The position numbers and the translations under genes were made by a program. A stretch of 64,000 nucleotides of DNA from Verrucomicrobia bacterium UBA3841 (lineage in GTDB: Bacteria > Verrucomicrobiota > Kiritimatiellia > RFP12 > UBA1067). This document shows, one piece after another, positions 50,602-61,378 of the stretch (positions are counted from its first letter, which is position 1; the number at the start of each line of letters is the position of its first letter). Where the stretch lies: positions 1,315-65,314 of the forward strand of contig DGHT01000045.1 in NCBI GenBank assembly GCA_002392765.1. The letters are read 5' to 3'. Under the pieces are notes generated by a model. That model did not search any database, had not been told where the DNA came from, and saw nothing but the letters and a program-made list of their open reading frames with translations.

Positions 50602-51539
50602 TCGCGCTTTCCGGCGGGCGGCGGCGTCCGGCACCATTCGTCGATGCCCTGCGCTATCGCCTCGCCTATGCGCTTGCGGCGCTTCCAGTCCCAGATGGCC
50701 TCTTCGCCTTCCGGAGTGGTTATGAAGTCGGTCTCGACGAGACAGCTCGGCACTTCTGGATTTCTCGTCACCGCGAAATTGGCGTGCAGGACGCCGCTAG
50801 ACGGGATGTCGCCTTCGAGTTCGGCCGCCATCTTCCCGGAAACGGCCTTCGCGAGAGCCTCGCCTATCGGATTCCAGGCGTAGACGGCGGTATACCGGAC
50901 CTTGCGGGGATCCGAATTGCAGGCCGTCGCATTGTGGTGGATCGACACGAACGCATCGGCCTCGCCTTCGCACGCGCTCCTGGGGCGCTCTGTCAGCACG
51001 AGCGGGACGTCGGAGTCGCGCGTCATCTCGACGCGGTAGCCCATGTTTGTGAGAGCGACGACGACTTCCCGCGCCAGACGGAGGTTCGCCTCCTTTTCGA
51101 AAAATCCGTGGGGACTGACGGCGCCCGTGTCGGCCGGTCCGCCGTGTCCGGGGTCTACGACGATCAGGATGTCGGACGGCGCCTTGCCCGAAGGATGGAC
51201 GCGGGGCTCGTCCTTGGCGTATTCGAGTTTCGTCCACTTCTTCTCGCGCGCCGCGGTCTTGTTCACCGGCAGCGGCTTCGGCTTCTGTTCGACACGGACC
51301 GTCACGTTCGTCTTTACATCCCCGGCCACGATCTCTATCTGGTTCTCGCCGGAAACGACATCGACCATCGTCACCCATCCGCCGGTGCGGTACACGGACA
51401 CTTCCCTGCCCTGGACGGTTATCGTCTGGGTGCCCCGCGGAACCGCACCCGACATGTAGGTCGAATCGACCGGCGGAAGAACCTGTCCGGGTTTCGGGAA
51501 CGCGACTGAAACCGCGAGCATCAGCGGCGCGACGGTCAT
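50598..51539 (-). CDS. N-acetylmuramoyl-L-alanine amidase (Amidase_3)
   Basis: Motifs are ILIVVDPGHGGPADTGAV, EKEANLRLAREV, DAFVSIHHNA and ETDFIT. Confidence 0.8.
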   Translation of the reverse strand: MTVAPLMLAVSVAFPKPGQVLPPVDSTYMSGAVPRGTQTITVQGREVSVYRTGGWVTMVDVVSGENQIEIVAGDVKTNVTVRVEQKPKPLPVNKTAAREKKWTKLEYAKDEPRVHPSGKAPSDILIVVDPGHGGPADTGAVSPHGFFEKEANLRLAREVVVALTNMGYRVEMTRDSDVPLVLTERPRSACEGEADAFVSIHHNATACNSDPRKVRYTAVYAWNPIGEALAKAVSGKMAAELEGDIPSSGVLHANFAVTRNPEVPSCLVETDFITTPEGEEAIWDWKRRKRIGEAIAQGIDEWCRTPPPAGKRE

Positions 51540-52138
51540 TTGTCCATGCTCCTGAAAATGGCCGCAAGGAAATCGTCGTACGTCTCGAACGCGGGGATGT
51601 CGGGATTGGCCGCCTTGATCTCGGGAGTGGACCTGAAAAGGAAGCCGGCCTTCGAAGCGCGGATCATGGCGAGGTCGTTGTAGCTGTCGCCGGCGGCGAT
51701 CGTATCGAACCCGCAGCTCTGGAGGGCGCGCACGGTGGTGAGCTTCGATTGCGGACAGCGCATCTTGTAGCCGGTCACGCGTCCGTCCTTCACGACTAGC
51801 GAATTGCAGAAAATCGCAGGCCAGTTGAGCTTGCGCATCAGCGGACGCGAGAACTGGTCGAACGTGTCGGAAAGTATGAGCACCTGCGTTCTCTCGCGCA
51901 GTTGGTCGAGAAATTCCTCCGCGCCGATCAGCGGACGCATCGACGATATGACATCCTGTATCTGCTTGAGTCCGAAACCGTGTTTATCGAGAAGATCGAT
52001 GCGGTAGTGCATCAACTTGTCGTAGTCGGGCTCGTCGCGCGTCGTTCTCCTGAAGTCCGGGATTCCCGTGGCTTCGGCGAACGCTATCCAGATTTCAGGC
52101 ACGAGAACGCCTTCAAGATCGAGACATACTATTTCCAT
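51536..52138 (-). CDS. ThrH-like phosphoserine phosphatase / homoserine phosphotransferase (HAD superfamily)
   Basis: Start taken at MEIVCLDLEGVLVPEIWIAFAE. Also present are LILSDTFDQF and AAGDSYNDLAM. Confidence 0.7.
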   Translation of the reverse strand: MEIVCLDLEGVLVPEIWIAFAEATGIPDFRRTTRDEPDYDKLMHYRIDLLDKHGFGLKQIQDVISSMRPLIGAEEFLDQLRERTQVLILSDTFDQFSRPLMRKLNWPAIFCNSLVVKDGRVTGYKMRCPQSKLTTVRALQSCGFDTIAAGDSYNDLAMIRASKAGFLFRSTPEIKAANPDIPAFETYDDFLAAIFRSMDK

Positions 52139-52167
52139 TTTATCTTCCTCTTTCGCTTTCCGGGTTT

Positions 52168-53235
52168 TCAGAAACGGGGTTTTTCGCTTTTGGACACGAC
52201 TTCGCATCCGTTTTCCGTGACAAACACGAGATCTTCGATCCTCACGCCGAGATTGCCTTCCAGATAGACGCCGGGTTCGATCGTCACCGTCATGCCGGGC
52301 TTCAGGACTGTTTTCGAGCGCTTTGCGGCCGCGGGGGCTTCGTGTATGTCGATGCCGACGCCGTGTCCGAGCGAGTGTCCGAACGCTTTCCCGAATCCGT
52401 TCTTCTCAAGGAAGGACCTCGCAGCGCGGTCGAGCGCGCCTGCCGTCATGCCCGGCTTCAGGGCCTTGATCGCGCGCTCGTTGGCCTCGAGGACGAGGGA
52501 ATAGACCTTCTTGTAGAGCCGCGACGGACGGTCCGGCAGGATGTTTCTCGTCATGTCGGAACAATATCCGCCGAGTTTCACGCCCATATCGACGAGAACC
52601 GGCTCCTTGCCGTTCCATACGGTCGAATCCGGCACATGGTGGCACTCCGCCGCGTTCTTTCCGACGCAAACGATCGTCTCGAACGCCTCGCCGTCCCCTC
52701 TTTCGATCATCAGCTTCTTTATCTCGCGCGCCATGTCCTTTTCCGTCATGCCCGGAGAGAAACGTTTCTGCGCCTCGGCCCATATTTCGTCGTTGAGGAG
52801 AACGGCCGCCCTGATTTTTTCAAGTTCCTCCGGCGTCTTCTCCATTCTCAGGTCGAGAATGCTCTGGAGCACGTCGACCAGTTCTGCCTTCGGAAACGCT
52901 TTCTTGAGCGTCAGGTATTTCGAATACGGCACGGAAGATTCGAATCCGATTTTGGCGAACGCCCTCGCGCCGGACGGGAAAGGCTTCTTGCCGTTGAACT
53001 TCTTGATGTCGCCCGTCTTGAGCCACGGAGCCGTGCGGTTGACGCTCGCCGTATATCTGAAATCGGTGTAGAACACGACGGACCGCGGCGTCACGAACAG
53101 ACACGCGTTGTCGCAGTCGACCCCCGTAAGGCTCATGACGTTCGACTGTCCGGACACGACCGCCGCGTCCAGTCCCTTGTCTGCGACGGCGGCGGAGAAC
53201 GCCGCCAGTCTTTTCCCGAATGGATTATTCTTCAT
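52168..53235 (-). CDS. Xaa-Pro aminopeptidase (M24 family)
   Basis: Metal ligands lie in VLVDMGVKLGGYCSDMTR, HSLGHGVGIDIHE, TIEPGVY and RIEDLV. Confidence 0.85.
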   Translation of the reverse strand: MKNNPFGKRLAAFSAAVADKGLDAAVVSGQSNVMSLTGVDCDNACLFVTPRSVVFYTDFRYTASVNRTAPWLKTGDIKKFNGKKPFPSGARAFAKIGFESSVPYSKYLTLKKAFPKAELVDVLQSILDLRMEKTPEELEKIRAAVLLNDEIWAEAQKRFSPGMTEKDMAREIKKLMIERGDGEAFETIVCVGKNAAECHHVPDSTVWNGKEPVLVDMGVKLGGYCSDMTRNILPDRPSRLYKKVYSLVLEANERAIKALKPGMTAGALDRAARSFLEKNGFGKAFGHSLGHGVGIDIHEAPAAAKRSKTVLKPGMTVTIEPGVYLEGNLGVRIEDLVFVTENGCEVVSKSEKPRF

Positions 53236-53268
53236 TTTCGGATCCTCCTTGAAACCGTTCCACCGCGC

Positions 53269-54612
53269 CTAGAGCGCGGCGAGAATCTTCTGCGCCCATT
53301 CGCGGGCGCGCGCAAACTGGCCGGCCGAATAGCTTTCGTTCGGCGAATGTATCCTGTCCTCCGTCTGGCCCCACCCTACGATAAGCGGAGCTGCGCCGGA
53401 AACCTCCTTGAGGACGGACACGACCGGTATCGACGCCCCGTCCCACACGAACGCGGGTCCGCGCGGATCCATTTGCGAAAGAACGTCCTGCGCAAGCCTG
53501 AAAAGCGGAGATGAAAGAGGCAGCCTGAAACCGCCGGCGCCGGGCGTCCAGTCCTCTATCGCCATTTTCATACCGCGCGGCACGCGCGATTCGAGATGGC
53601 GGCGCACCGCATCCATCGAGCCGGCGGGGGTCTGTCCGGGAACGAGACGCATCGAAATCTTCGCGAGCGCCGCGCACGGGATGACCGTCTTCGCGCCGGG
53701 GCCGCCGTAGCCGGAATGGATGCCGTTCACTTCGATCGTCGGCTCGAACGATCCGCGCTGGGAGACCGTCTTGCCGAGCTGTCCGCCGGCCGGTTCGCAG
53801 CCGATGTCGGCGGCGACGGCCTCGTCTCCGCCGTAAAACGCCTCCGCGAGTCTGCGCTCTTCATGCTCGGGCGGAATCGCGCCGTCGCAAAAACCGAATA
53901 CGGCGATCGACCCGTCCGGGTTGTGGAGGGACGCGACGAGTTCGGCAATCCCCTGCGCGGCGTTCGGCGCTATGCCGCCGTACTCGCCGGAATGCAGATC
54001 GCGCGATGCCGCGGACAGTCTGATCGTGAAATGGCTCACTCCGCGCAGCCCTGCGACAATGGCGGGACGCATGTCCGGCGCGGCGGAAGTGTCGCACACC
54101 AGAAGGACGTCGGCCGCGAGCTCCCTGCGCATTTCGGGCGCCATCGCGCAGAGCGCCGCGCTGCCGGACTCCTCCTGCCCTTCGAGGACTATCTTGACCG
54201 TCGGCTTCTCTCCGGGCGTTTCCAGGTAGTCGCGCATTCCAAGGAGGAACGCGAAGAACTGCCCCTTGTCATCCTGGGCTCCGCGGCAGTACACCCGCTC
54301 CCCGTCGACGACAGGTTCGAACGGCGGCGTGCGCCACTCGTCTGCGGGGTCGGCGGGCTGGACGTCGTAGTGCCCGTAAAAGAGAACCGTCGGACGGCCT
54401 TCGCCGCCTTTCCTCTCAGCGACGACCACCGGCGGCGCAGCCTTGCCGTCCTTCACGTCCGGCATCGCCAGACGCACGGCGAACCCGGCGGAGGAAAGCC
54501 ATTCCTTCAGAAACACCGCGCATTTCGCGCACTCGCCGAGCCTCGACGGATCGGCGCCCACGCTCTCGAAACGCAGCAGTTTGAAATACTCTTCGGGGAA
54601 ATCCACGTGCAT
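53269..54612 (-). CDS. M20-family dipeptidase (ArgE/DapE/CPG2-like)
   Basis: Start taken at MHVDFPEEYFKLL. Motifs are LFYGHYDVQP, CRGAQDDKGQ, LEGQEESGS and HSPNE. Confidence 0.8.
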   Translation of the reverse strand: MHVDFPEEYFKLLRFESVGADPSRLGECAKCAVFLKEWLSSAGFAVRLAMPDVKDGKAAPPVVVAERKGGEGRPTVLFYGHYDVQPADPADEWRTPPFEPVVDGERVYCRGAQDDKGQFFAFLLGMRDYLETPGEKPTVKIVLEGQEESGSAALCAMAPEMRRELAADVLLVCDTSAAPDMRPAIVAGLRGVSHFTIRLSAASRDLHSGEYGGIAPNAAQGIAELVASLHNPDGSIAVFGFCDGAIPPEHEERRLAEAFYGGDEAVAADIGCEPAGGQLGKTVSQRGSFEPTIEVNGIHSGYGGPGAKTVIPCAALAKISMRLVPGQTPAGSMDAVRRHLESRVPRGMKMAIEDWTPGAGGFRLPLSSPLFRLAQDVLSQMDPRGPAFVWDGASIPVVSVLKEVSGAAPLIVGWGQTEDRIHSPNESYSAGQFARAREWAQKILAAL

Positions 54613-54628
54613 CCTCCTGTTCCGGCGG

Positions 54629-55105
54629 TCAGCGCCCTTTCTTCCCGCCGGAATTTTCGGCGAAAAGGATTTTTCCGACACCCTGCCCTTTGGCTATTTC
54701 GGCAAGTTTCATAAGTTCTCCGCCCTTGACGCGCCTGTCGGCAAGGACAAGCAGGGCGGGCTTCTCCGCCGCGGACGCCCTTCGCGCCAGCAGCGCAGTG
54801 AACTCCTCCATCTGGCGTTCGTCGTCGAACACGTATCTCGTGTCGTCGAAAAAGACGAGCGTACCCTGGGAGGCGGGGACCATCAAGACGGACATGGTCG
54901 TGTCGGCGACATCGCCCACGGACCCTTCGGGCAGATTGAACGCGACGCCTTCGCGTCCCGTCAGCGTTCCGCTCATCGCCCATATCGTCATCGACAGGAT
55001 CCCGAGCGAAATCCAAGGAGCCAGCATCGCCGCCGTCCTCAGCCAGGACGGACACGGATCCGTCCCGGATCTTGCGTGGATGGCAGACCATCCCCAGCGG
55101 TTCAT
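54629..55105 (-). CDS. ExbD/TolR-family biopolymer transport protein
   Basis: 158 aa with a single N-terminal TM helix followed by a periplasmic domain (LLVLADRRVKGGELMKLAEIA). It shares an ATGA overlap with the upstream ExbB-like gene. Confidence 0.65.
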   Translation of the reverse strand: MNRWGWSAIHARSGTDPCPSWLRTAAMLAPWISLGILSMTIWAMSGTLTGREGVAFNLPEGSVGDVADTTMSVLMVPASQGTLVFFDDTRYVFDDERQMEEFTALLARRASAAEKPALLVLADRRVKGGELMKLAEIAKGQGVGKILFAENSGGKKGR

Positions 55106-55707
55106 ACGCGAGACTCCTTCGACATGATGTAGCCGATGATTTCCGTAGCCGCCGCCTCAAGCTCCGTCACGAGCCTGTCCATTTTCAGTCTGAGCGTGGC
55201 GTACATGACGGCGACCGGTATCGCGACGGCCACGCCCGCCGCCGCGTCGACCATCGCGGAGAGCGCCGGCATGATGAGTTCCGTGCGCGGCACTATGTCG
55301 TACCGGCTGACGGCCGCGACGACTTTCACGAACCCTGCAAACGTTCCGAGAAGCCCGATCAGAGGGGCTATGTGCCCTATCACCGAAATAGCCGCGATGC
55401 GCCTTTCCAAACGGCTCACCTCGGCGCGCCCCTGGGCGTCAACCGCCTCCCTCAAGGCATGGACAGACCCCTTCCTGTGGCGGATGGCGCAGGCGGCGAC
55501 GTTTGCCACAGGCACGGGAGTGTCGGCGCATATCGCCAGCGCCTCGTTCTCGTTCCCCCCGGAAAGCACGTTTATAACGCCCTTCAGAAAATCCTGCCAG
55601 TCGATCTGCGACCGCCTGAGTTCGACAAGCCTCCCGAAAAACATGACAAGCGCCGCCACCGCCATCGCGCAAAGCAGCCAGAACACCGGATCGCGAAAAT
55701 CGATCAT
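55102..55707 (-). CDS. MotA/TolQ/ExbB-family proton channel
   Basis: The start MIDFRDPVFWLL overlaps the TPR gene's stop. IAPLIGLLGTFAGF is characteristic of the family. Confidence 0.75.
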   Translation of the reverse strand: MIDFRDPVFWLLCAMAVAALVMFFGRLVELRRSQIDWQDFLKGVINVLSGGNENEALAICADTPVPVANVAACAIRHRKGSVHALREAVDAQGRAEVSRLERRIAAISVIGHIAPLIGLLGTFAGFVKVVAAVSRYDIVPRTELIMPALSAMVDAAAGVAVAIPVAVMYATLRLKMDRLVTELEAAATEIIGYIMSKESRV

Positions 55708-57824
55708 TCGTCCATTCCTTTCTTTTTGAGGCGTTCGCGCCTGTTTTTGGCCTCCTTGACCGCAGGCAGGACGTCGCTTTTGACCACAAGGCGCAGAATC
55801 CTGTCGGCCTGCGCCAGATCGCCGCGCGCCTCGAGCATGTCGGCGGAGATGAACGCCGCGCGCGCGAAAGTCGCCTTCGACTCCTCGGAATACGCGACTC
55901 CTCTGGCGCGCCCGTCGCGGTACGCCAGAACGACATCGCAATAATAATGGTCGAGGGCTTCGTCGGCGTTGCCGAGCTTGTCGAGCGTGCGGGCGGTCTT
56001 GAACGCGAGAAGGAGTTTCATGTCGGCATCCAGTTCCTCGCCCATCTGGAGTTCGCGGTACGCGTCAAGCGCCTCGACGTAGCGCACGGGGTTGTCGGCG
56101 CCCAGCACGAAAAACGAATCGGCCCTGAGCATTTTGGCGCGGCGTCTGTCGCCGGCGGAGGCCCTGGAATCGGACATGACGCTCTCGAACACGACCGCCG
56201 CCTCGTCCAGTCTCGACAGCTCCACGAGCGCCTCGCCCTGGACAAGCATGCCCGCCGGCTTCTCCGGAGAGTCGGGTCCCGCCTTGGAAAGCGTCGTGAC
56301 TAGATCTATCGCCCGCTGGAATTCGTTTCCGGCGAACGCGGCGCGCGCGGCCCAAACGAGCGACGACGGGGCGTGCGGCGAATCGGGCGCCAGTTTCACG
56401 GCGTATTCCTCGAAAAGATCGCACGCGTCGCGCCACTGGCGGGCGTTGTAGAAAAACTTCGCGAGCCAAAGCGTCGCCTCGGCGCGTATGGCGGGATTCT
56501 TCGCCACGGCCGCGATGTTTTTCGCCCGGCGCGACGCTTCGGCGTCCTGGCCCTGGCCGTAAAGGCAGAGCATTATCATGTAATCCATGCTTTCGCGCCT
56601 GGACGGGTCTCGCTTGCCGACCTCGTCGAACGCGGAGGCCGCCTCGCGGAACTTGAAATTCTCGAACAGTTCGCGTCCGTCGCGCTCCATCTCCTTCACC
56701 TCGACGACGTTCTTCAGTTTCGCGCCGGCGGGAGTGTCGGGGTATTTTTCGAGGACGAGCTTGTACTTGGCGAGCGCCTCGGCTCCGCGCGACGTCTCCG
56801 CAAGCACGTCGCCCTGCTCCATTAAGGCCGAAGCGCGCAGGACGTCGTTTGTCGCGCACTCGCCGGCCTTGCCGAACGACTCGATCGCCTCGTCGTATCT
56901 GCCCGCCTTTCTCAAAGCCCACGCGAGACCCTCGTGGACGGAATGGAGTTTCGCCGCGGACGGCCAGGCTTCCATCGCCTCCTTGTAGGAGGACGCCGCC
57001 TTTTCCCAATCCTCCTTCTCGAGGTACGCGTCGCAAAGGCAGAGGAACGTCTCCATCGCGCCTTCCGTGTCCGGGGAGTCGTACACCGCCGACCTGACGA
57101 GATTCGCGCCTTCCTCGAAGCTTTCGTCCTTCTCCGTCAGGATCCTTCCGAGCGCCAGGGCGAGCGAGCGCTTGAGGGCCGGCGTACCGGCCCTGCCGTA
57201 GGCGATCCTGTACGATTCCGCATCGCCCAGCCCGGCCGCGGCGATCGCCGCGGCCTCCTCGCCGGAATCCTCCGTTTCGAGGACTCCGCGCCAGATTTCC
57301 TTCGCCTCCCGCGCCATTCCGGATCGCGAAAAAACGGCCGCGGCGACAAGTCTGGCGTCCACGTCCGCCTTTTTCAAGTCGATGCCGCAGTCCGCCACGA
57401 TCCTGGCCGCCTTAGGCAAGTCTCCGGCGTCGAGCGCGATCACCGCCTCGAGAAGCGGCGCCCTCTTCGCATACGGTCCGGAGCCGTTCCCGGAAAGCGG
57501 CTTGAGCGTCTCCAGGGCCGCCGCGCCGTCGCCCTTCATCGCCTGCGCGAGAGCCCTGTAGTAGACGGCGCCGTCCCCTTGCGCTGCCGCGCCGCCGGCG
57601 GTTTTTTCGAGAATGTCGTCCCAGCGCCGCTCTTTCGCGTACGACTCGAGAACGGCGATCGGCGCATCGGGGTCGGCGCTCTTCGCCGCCTCCATGCGCA
57701 CCACGTCCCAAAGGCCGTCCCTGAGGGCGTTTCTGGCCATATCGAGAGGTCTGTCGGCGAACGCGGCGGAAACGGCTCCGGCGGCGCAGAAAAGAAATGC
57801 GGAACGGACGCGCTTGAAAATCAT
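55704..57824 (-). CDS. secreted TPR-repeat protein
   Basis: The start MIFKRVRSAFLFCAAGAVSAAFA (a signal peptide) overlaps the era stop. It is Ala/Leu-rich with TPR-like periodicity throughout. The N-terminal extension of the track ORF overlaps era, so I reject it. Confidence 0.65.
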   Translation of the reverse strand: MIFKRVRSAFLFCAAGAVSAAFADRPLDMARNALRDGLWDVVRMEAAKSADPDAPIAVLESYAKERRWDDILEKTAGGAAAQGDGAVYYRALAQAMKGDGAAALETLKPLSGNGSGPYAKRAPLLEAVIALDAGDLPKAARIVADCGIDLKKADVDARLVAAAVFSRSGMAREAKEIWRGVLETEDSGEEAAAIAAAGLGDAESYRIAYGRAGTPALKRSLALALGRILTEKDESFEEGANLVRSAVYDSPDTEGAMETFLCLCDAYLEKEDWEKAASSYKEAMEAWPSAAKLHSVHEGLAWALRKAGRYDEAIESFGKAGECATNDVLRASALMEQGDVLAETSRGAEALAKYKLVLEKYPDTPAGAKLKNVVEVKEMERDGRELFENFKFREAASAFDEVGKRDPSRRESMDYMIMLCLYGQGQDAEASRRAKNIAAVAKNPAIRAEATLWLAKFFYNARQWRDACDLFEEYAVKLAPDSPHAPSSLVWAARAAFAGNEFQRAIDLVTTLSKAGPDSPEKPAGMLVQGEALVELSRLDEAAVVFESVMSDSRASAGDRRRAKMLRADSFFVLGADNPVRYVEALDAYRELQMGEELDADMKLLLAFKTARTLDKLGNADEALDHYYCDVVLAYRDGRARGVAYSEESKATFARAAFISADMLEARGDLAQADRILRLVVKSDVLPAVKEAKNRRERLKKKGMDE

Positions 57825-58738
57825 ATCTCGCCTCCCAGATACCCCATCTCGGAGAGCAGCCTCTCGTTTCCCATCCAGCCGGGTTCGACGCGCACCCAGA
57901 GTTCGAGCGACGCCTTTACGCCGAACATCGAGGAAATCTCCTTCTGCGCCCTGATCCTGGCGTTCTTGATCAGCCCGGCGTCGCGGCCTATGACGATCGG
58001 CTTCTGAGACGGACGGTTCACTATGACGTCGGCCTTGACGCCCCAGCGTCCGCTTTCCTCCGATATCGATTTCACGATTACGCCGAGTTCGTGCGGAAGC
58101 TCCTGGTGGAGGCGCGCGAGGAATTTCTCCCTTATGACGTCTGCAATCGCCAGTTTTCTCGGATAGTCGGTGGCGATATCCTCGGGGAAAAGAGGCTCGC
58201 CCTCCTCCGCCATCGAAAAAAGGGCGTCCTGCACGCCGTTCGCGCCACCTTCGGCGGAGGCTATGCATTTGACCCACGCGGGCTGCGGGAAACCCGCCCC
58301 GGAAGAGCGGTGCGCGGCGGCGATTCCGTCCCACGCCTCCCTGTACCCGGACTCGCAGAACGGAGACTTGTCCGCCTTGTTGAGGACGAAAAGGGTTTTC
58401 GCCGGACGCTCCTTCGCGACGCGCTCCATCCATCCCGCATCCTCGATTTTCGGGGGGACGGCGGCGTCGAACACGACGCACAGGATGTCCGTTCCGCTCG
58501 CGCTCCGCCGCGCCATCCTGTTCAGAAGCTTTCCGAGTCTGCCCTCGGCCTTGTGGAGGCCGGGCGTGTCGAGAAGGACAAGCTGTCCGCGCGGTTCGCA
58601 CACGATCCCGCGGACGGTGTTCCTCGTCGTCTGCTGCACGGGCGAGACGATCGACACCTTTTCGCCGACGAGCCGGTTTACGAGCGTCGATTTACCGGCG
58701 TTCGTGCGTCCGACTATGCCGACGACTGCGACCTTCAT
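57821..58738 (-). CDS. era: GTPase Era
   Basis: Motifs are VGIVGRTNAGKSTLVN, DTPG and NKAD, with a C-terminal KH domain. Confidence 0.9.
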   Translation of the reverse strand: MKVAVVGIVGRTNAGKSTLVNRLVGEKVSIVSPVQQTTRNTVRGIVCEPRGQLVLLDTPGLHKAEGRLGKLLNRMARRSASGTDILCVVFDAAVPPKIEDAGWMERVAKERPAKTLFVLNKADKSPFCESGYREAWDGIAAAHRSSGAGFPQPAWVKCIASAEGGANGVQDALFSMAEEGEPLFPEDIATDYPRKLAIADVIREKFLARLHQELPHELGVIVKSISEESGRWGVKADVIVNRPSQKPIVIGRDAGLIKNARIRAQKEISSMFGVKASLELWVRVEPGWMGNERLLSEMGYLGGEI

Positions 58739-58781
58739 GCCAAGAACATCTTCCTTTCCGGTTTTCCGGCCCCGGCGCGCT

Positions 58782-60461
58782 TTACGGCACGGGGAAACCG
58801 GCCACGAGTTCCTTCGCCTCGCGTTTCACGCGCTCCTGCACGGAAACGTCGGCGATGTTGTCCAGGACGTCGGCGATCCAAGTTCCGATCTTGATCATCT
58901 CGGCCTCTTTCATGCCGCGAGTCGTGACGGACGCGGTGCCCACGCGTATGCCGCTCGTCTTGAAAGGCGATTCGGTGTCGTACGGGATCGTGTTCTTGTT
59001 GACGACGATGCCCGCCGCGTCGAGGGCCGCCGCGGCCTCCTTGCCCGTGATGCCTTTCGTGGACTTCACATCGACGAGGAAAAGATGGTTGTCGGTGCCG
59101 CCGGAGACGATCCTGTAGCCGCGGTCCTGAACGGTCTTGCAGAGGACCTGGCAGTTCTTGACGACCTGCTGCGCGTAGCCCTTCTTCTCCTCGCTCATCC
59201 ACTCCTTGAACACGACCGCCTTCGCGGCGATTATGTTCTCGAGCGGGCCGCCCTGCATTCCCGGGAACACGGCGCTGTCGAGCGCTTTCGCCCACTTCTC
59301 CTTGCAGAGCACCATGCCGCCGCGCGGACCGCCGAGCGTCTTGTGAGTCGTCGTGGTGACGAAATCCGCGTACGGAACGGGGCTTTCGTGCGCCCCGCCG
59401 GCGACGAGTCCTGCGATGTGCGCCATGTCGACCATCATGATGCAGCCGGCCTTGTCGCAGATTTCGCGCACGCGCTTGAAATCGATCTTGCGCGGATAGG
59501 CGCTTGCGCCCGTCAAAAGGATCTTGGGCTTGATTTCGAGCGCAAGGCGTTCGATCTCGTCGTAATCGAGCATTTCAGTCTCGCGGTTCACCGTGTAGGG
59601 GACGATGTTGTAGATCTTGCCTGAGAAATTCACGGGGGAGCCGTGGCTCAAATGTCCGCCCTGGTCGAGCGACATGGAAAGGATCGTGTCGCCCGGCTTG
59701 ATGGTCGCGAAATACACGGCCATGTTCGCGGCGCTTCCGCAGTGCGGCTGGACGTTCGCGTGTTCCGCGCCGAACAGTTCGCACGCGCGCTTGCGAGCAA
59801 GCTCCTCGGCGGCGTCCACCGGGACGCACCCCGAATACCAGCGCTTGCCCGGATAGCCCTCGGCGTACTTGTTCATCAGAACGGAGCCGGCCGCTTCGCG
59901 GCACGCGCGGGACGAAGTGTTTTCGGACGCGATGAGATTGATCTCGGTATCCTCCTGCGCCGTCTGCGCGGCGATCGCGGCGAACACCTCCGGGTCGGCG
60001 GCGAGAAGACCGGACGCGTCGGAGAGGCGTCCGGCGCGCTCGAGTTTCGCGCGGCGACGGGCGTGACGCTCCGATTCGTCTACGGGCGTTGCGGCGAAAG
60101 CGCGTATCATTTCAAGCGCATACTCGCCGGAAACCGAATCGCCGGCTATGCAGATCACGTTCGCTCCGTTGTGCTGGCGCGACAGCACCGCCGCGTCGAC
60201 GGTGTGGCACAACGCGGCCCTTACGTTCTGGAAACGGTTCGCGGCCATCGACATGCCGATGCCGCTGCGGCAGATCAAAACGCCGAAATCCGCCGCGCCC
60301 GATGCGACGTCGAGAGCCACCTTGACGGCGTAGTCGGGATAGTCGCATGGATCCCTGTCGAAGGGTCCCTTGTCGTCGATTGCAAACTCTCCGGAAAGGG
60401 CGGAAACCGCAAGAGCCTTGAGCTCCACGCCGCCGTGATCCGATCCTATCGATATTTTCAT
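58782..60461 (-). CDS. glyA: fusion of ribose-5-phosphate isomerase B (RpiB/LacAB) and serine hydroxymethyltransferase
   Basis: The N-terminal roughly 145 aa are RpiB-like ([29 protein letters not shown]). The remainder is SHMT ([38 protein letters not shown]). Confidence 0.85.
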   Translation of the reverse strand: MKISIGSDHGGVELKALAVSALSGEFAIDDKGPFDRDPCDYPDYAVKVALDVASGAADFGVLICRSGIGMSMAANRFQNVRAALCHTVDAAVLSRQHNGANVICIAGDSVSGEYALEMIRAFAATPVDESERHARRRAKLERAGRLSDASGLLAADPEVFAAIAAQTAQEDTEINLIASENTSSRACREAAGSVLMNKYAEGYPGKRWYSGCVPVDAAEELARKRACELFGAEHANVQPHCGSAANMAVYFATIKPGDTILSMSLDQGGHLSHGSPVNFSGKIYNIVPYTVNRETEMLDYDEIERLALEIKPKILLTGASAYPRKIDFKRVREICDKAGCIMMVDMAHIAGLVAGGAHESPVPYADFVTTTTHKTLGGPRGGMVLCKEKWAKALDSAVFPGMQGGPLENIIAAKAVVFKEWMSEEKKGYAQQVVKNCQVLCKTVQDRGYRIVSGGTDNHLFLVDVKSTKGITGKEAAAALDAAGIVVNKNTIPYDTESPFKTSGIRVGTASVTTRGMKEAEMIKIGTWIADVLDNIADVSVQERVKREAKELVAGFPVP

Positions 60462-61369
60462 GTGTTCTCCTTGTCGTTTTCGGTTTCAGACTGGTTTCGG
60501 GGTTCTTCCGGGACGGACTGCCCCGCCGGTTGCGGTTCCTGTCCGGCCGTCCCGGGCGCGGAGGCCGGCGCGGAGGCAGGCGCGTCGAACCGCGTTGGAT
60601 TCTTTGCCATAAATTCCCATGCGAACGCCTTGTAGCTTTCCGCCCCTTTCGAGGACGAATCGAGGAACACCACGGGGGTGCCCATCGACGGCGCTTCGGA
60701 AACGCGGACGTTTCTGGGAATGATCGTCTCGTACACCTTGTCGCCGAAGTGGTTGCGGACTTCCTCCATGACATCCTGCGTGAGCCTCGCCTGCCTGTTC
60801 ACCATGGTGAAAATTATGCCGTTGAGCTCAAGCGACGGGTTGACGCTTTCCTGGATGCGCTTTATCGAACCTGTAATGAGCGCGAGTCCGTCCATGGCCA
60901 GGAATTCCGCCTGGATCGGAATGAGAATGCCGTCCGATGCGGCCAGGGAACTCGTCATCACGATTCCGAGCGACGGCGGACAGTCGAGGATTATGTAGTC
61001 GAACGCGCCCGACTCCTTTACGGGCGCAAGAGCGTCGCGCACCATGGAAAGCCGGTCTTCGCGGGCTCCGAACTCAAGCTCCGCCCCGGCCAGATCGACC
61101 TCGGAAGGTATGACGTTCAGATTGTTCCACTTCGTGGGCTCTATGACATCCTCGACCGGTTTTTCGCCGGTGAGGACCCTGTACAGCGACGTCCCCTGGC
61201 GCTTCTCCAGGCCGAGACCGAGCGTCGCGTGCGCCTGCGGATCGAGATCGACCACGAGGACGGCCCGCTTTCTTGCCGACAGCGCGGCGGCGAGGTTGAC
61301 CACAGTGGTGGTTTTCCCTACGCCCCCCTTCTGGTTCGCTATGGCTATGGTTTTAGTCTTTCTTTGCAT
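60458..61369 (-). CDS. parA: ParA/Soj-family partition ATPase with low-complexity C-terminal tail
   Basis: It has the deviant Walker [15 protein letters not shown]. It shares an ATGA overlap with the downstream fusion gene. No parB is seen adjacent. Confidence 0.85.
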   Translation of the reverse strand: MQRKTKTIAIANQKGGVGKTTTVVNLAAALSARKRAVLVVDLDPQAHATLGLGLEKRQGTSLYRVLTGEKPVEDVIEPTKWNNLNVIPSEVDLAGAELEFGAREDRLSMVRDALAPVKESGAFDYIILDCPPSLGIVMTSSLAASDGILIPIQAEFLAMDGLALITGSIKRIQESVNPSLELNGIIFTMVNRQARLTQDVMEEVRNHFGDKVYETIIPRNVRVSEAPSMGTPVVFLDSSSKGAESYKAFAWEFMAKNPTRFDAPASAPASAPGTAGQEPQPAGQSVPEEPRNQSETENDKENT

Positions 61370-61378
61370 ATTCGCTCC

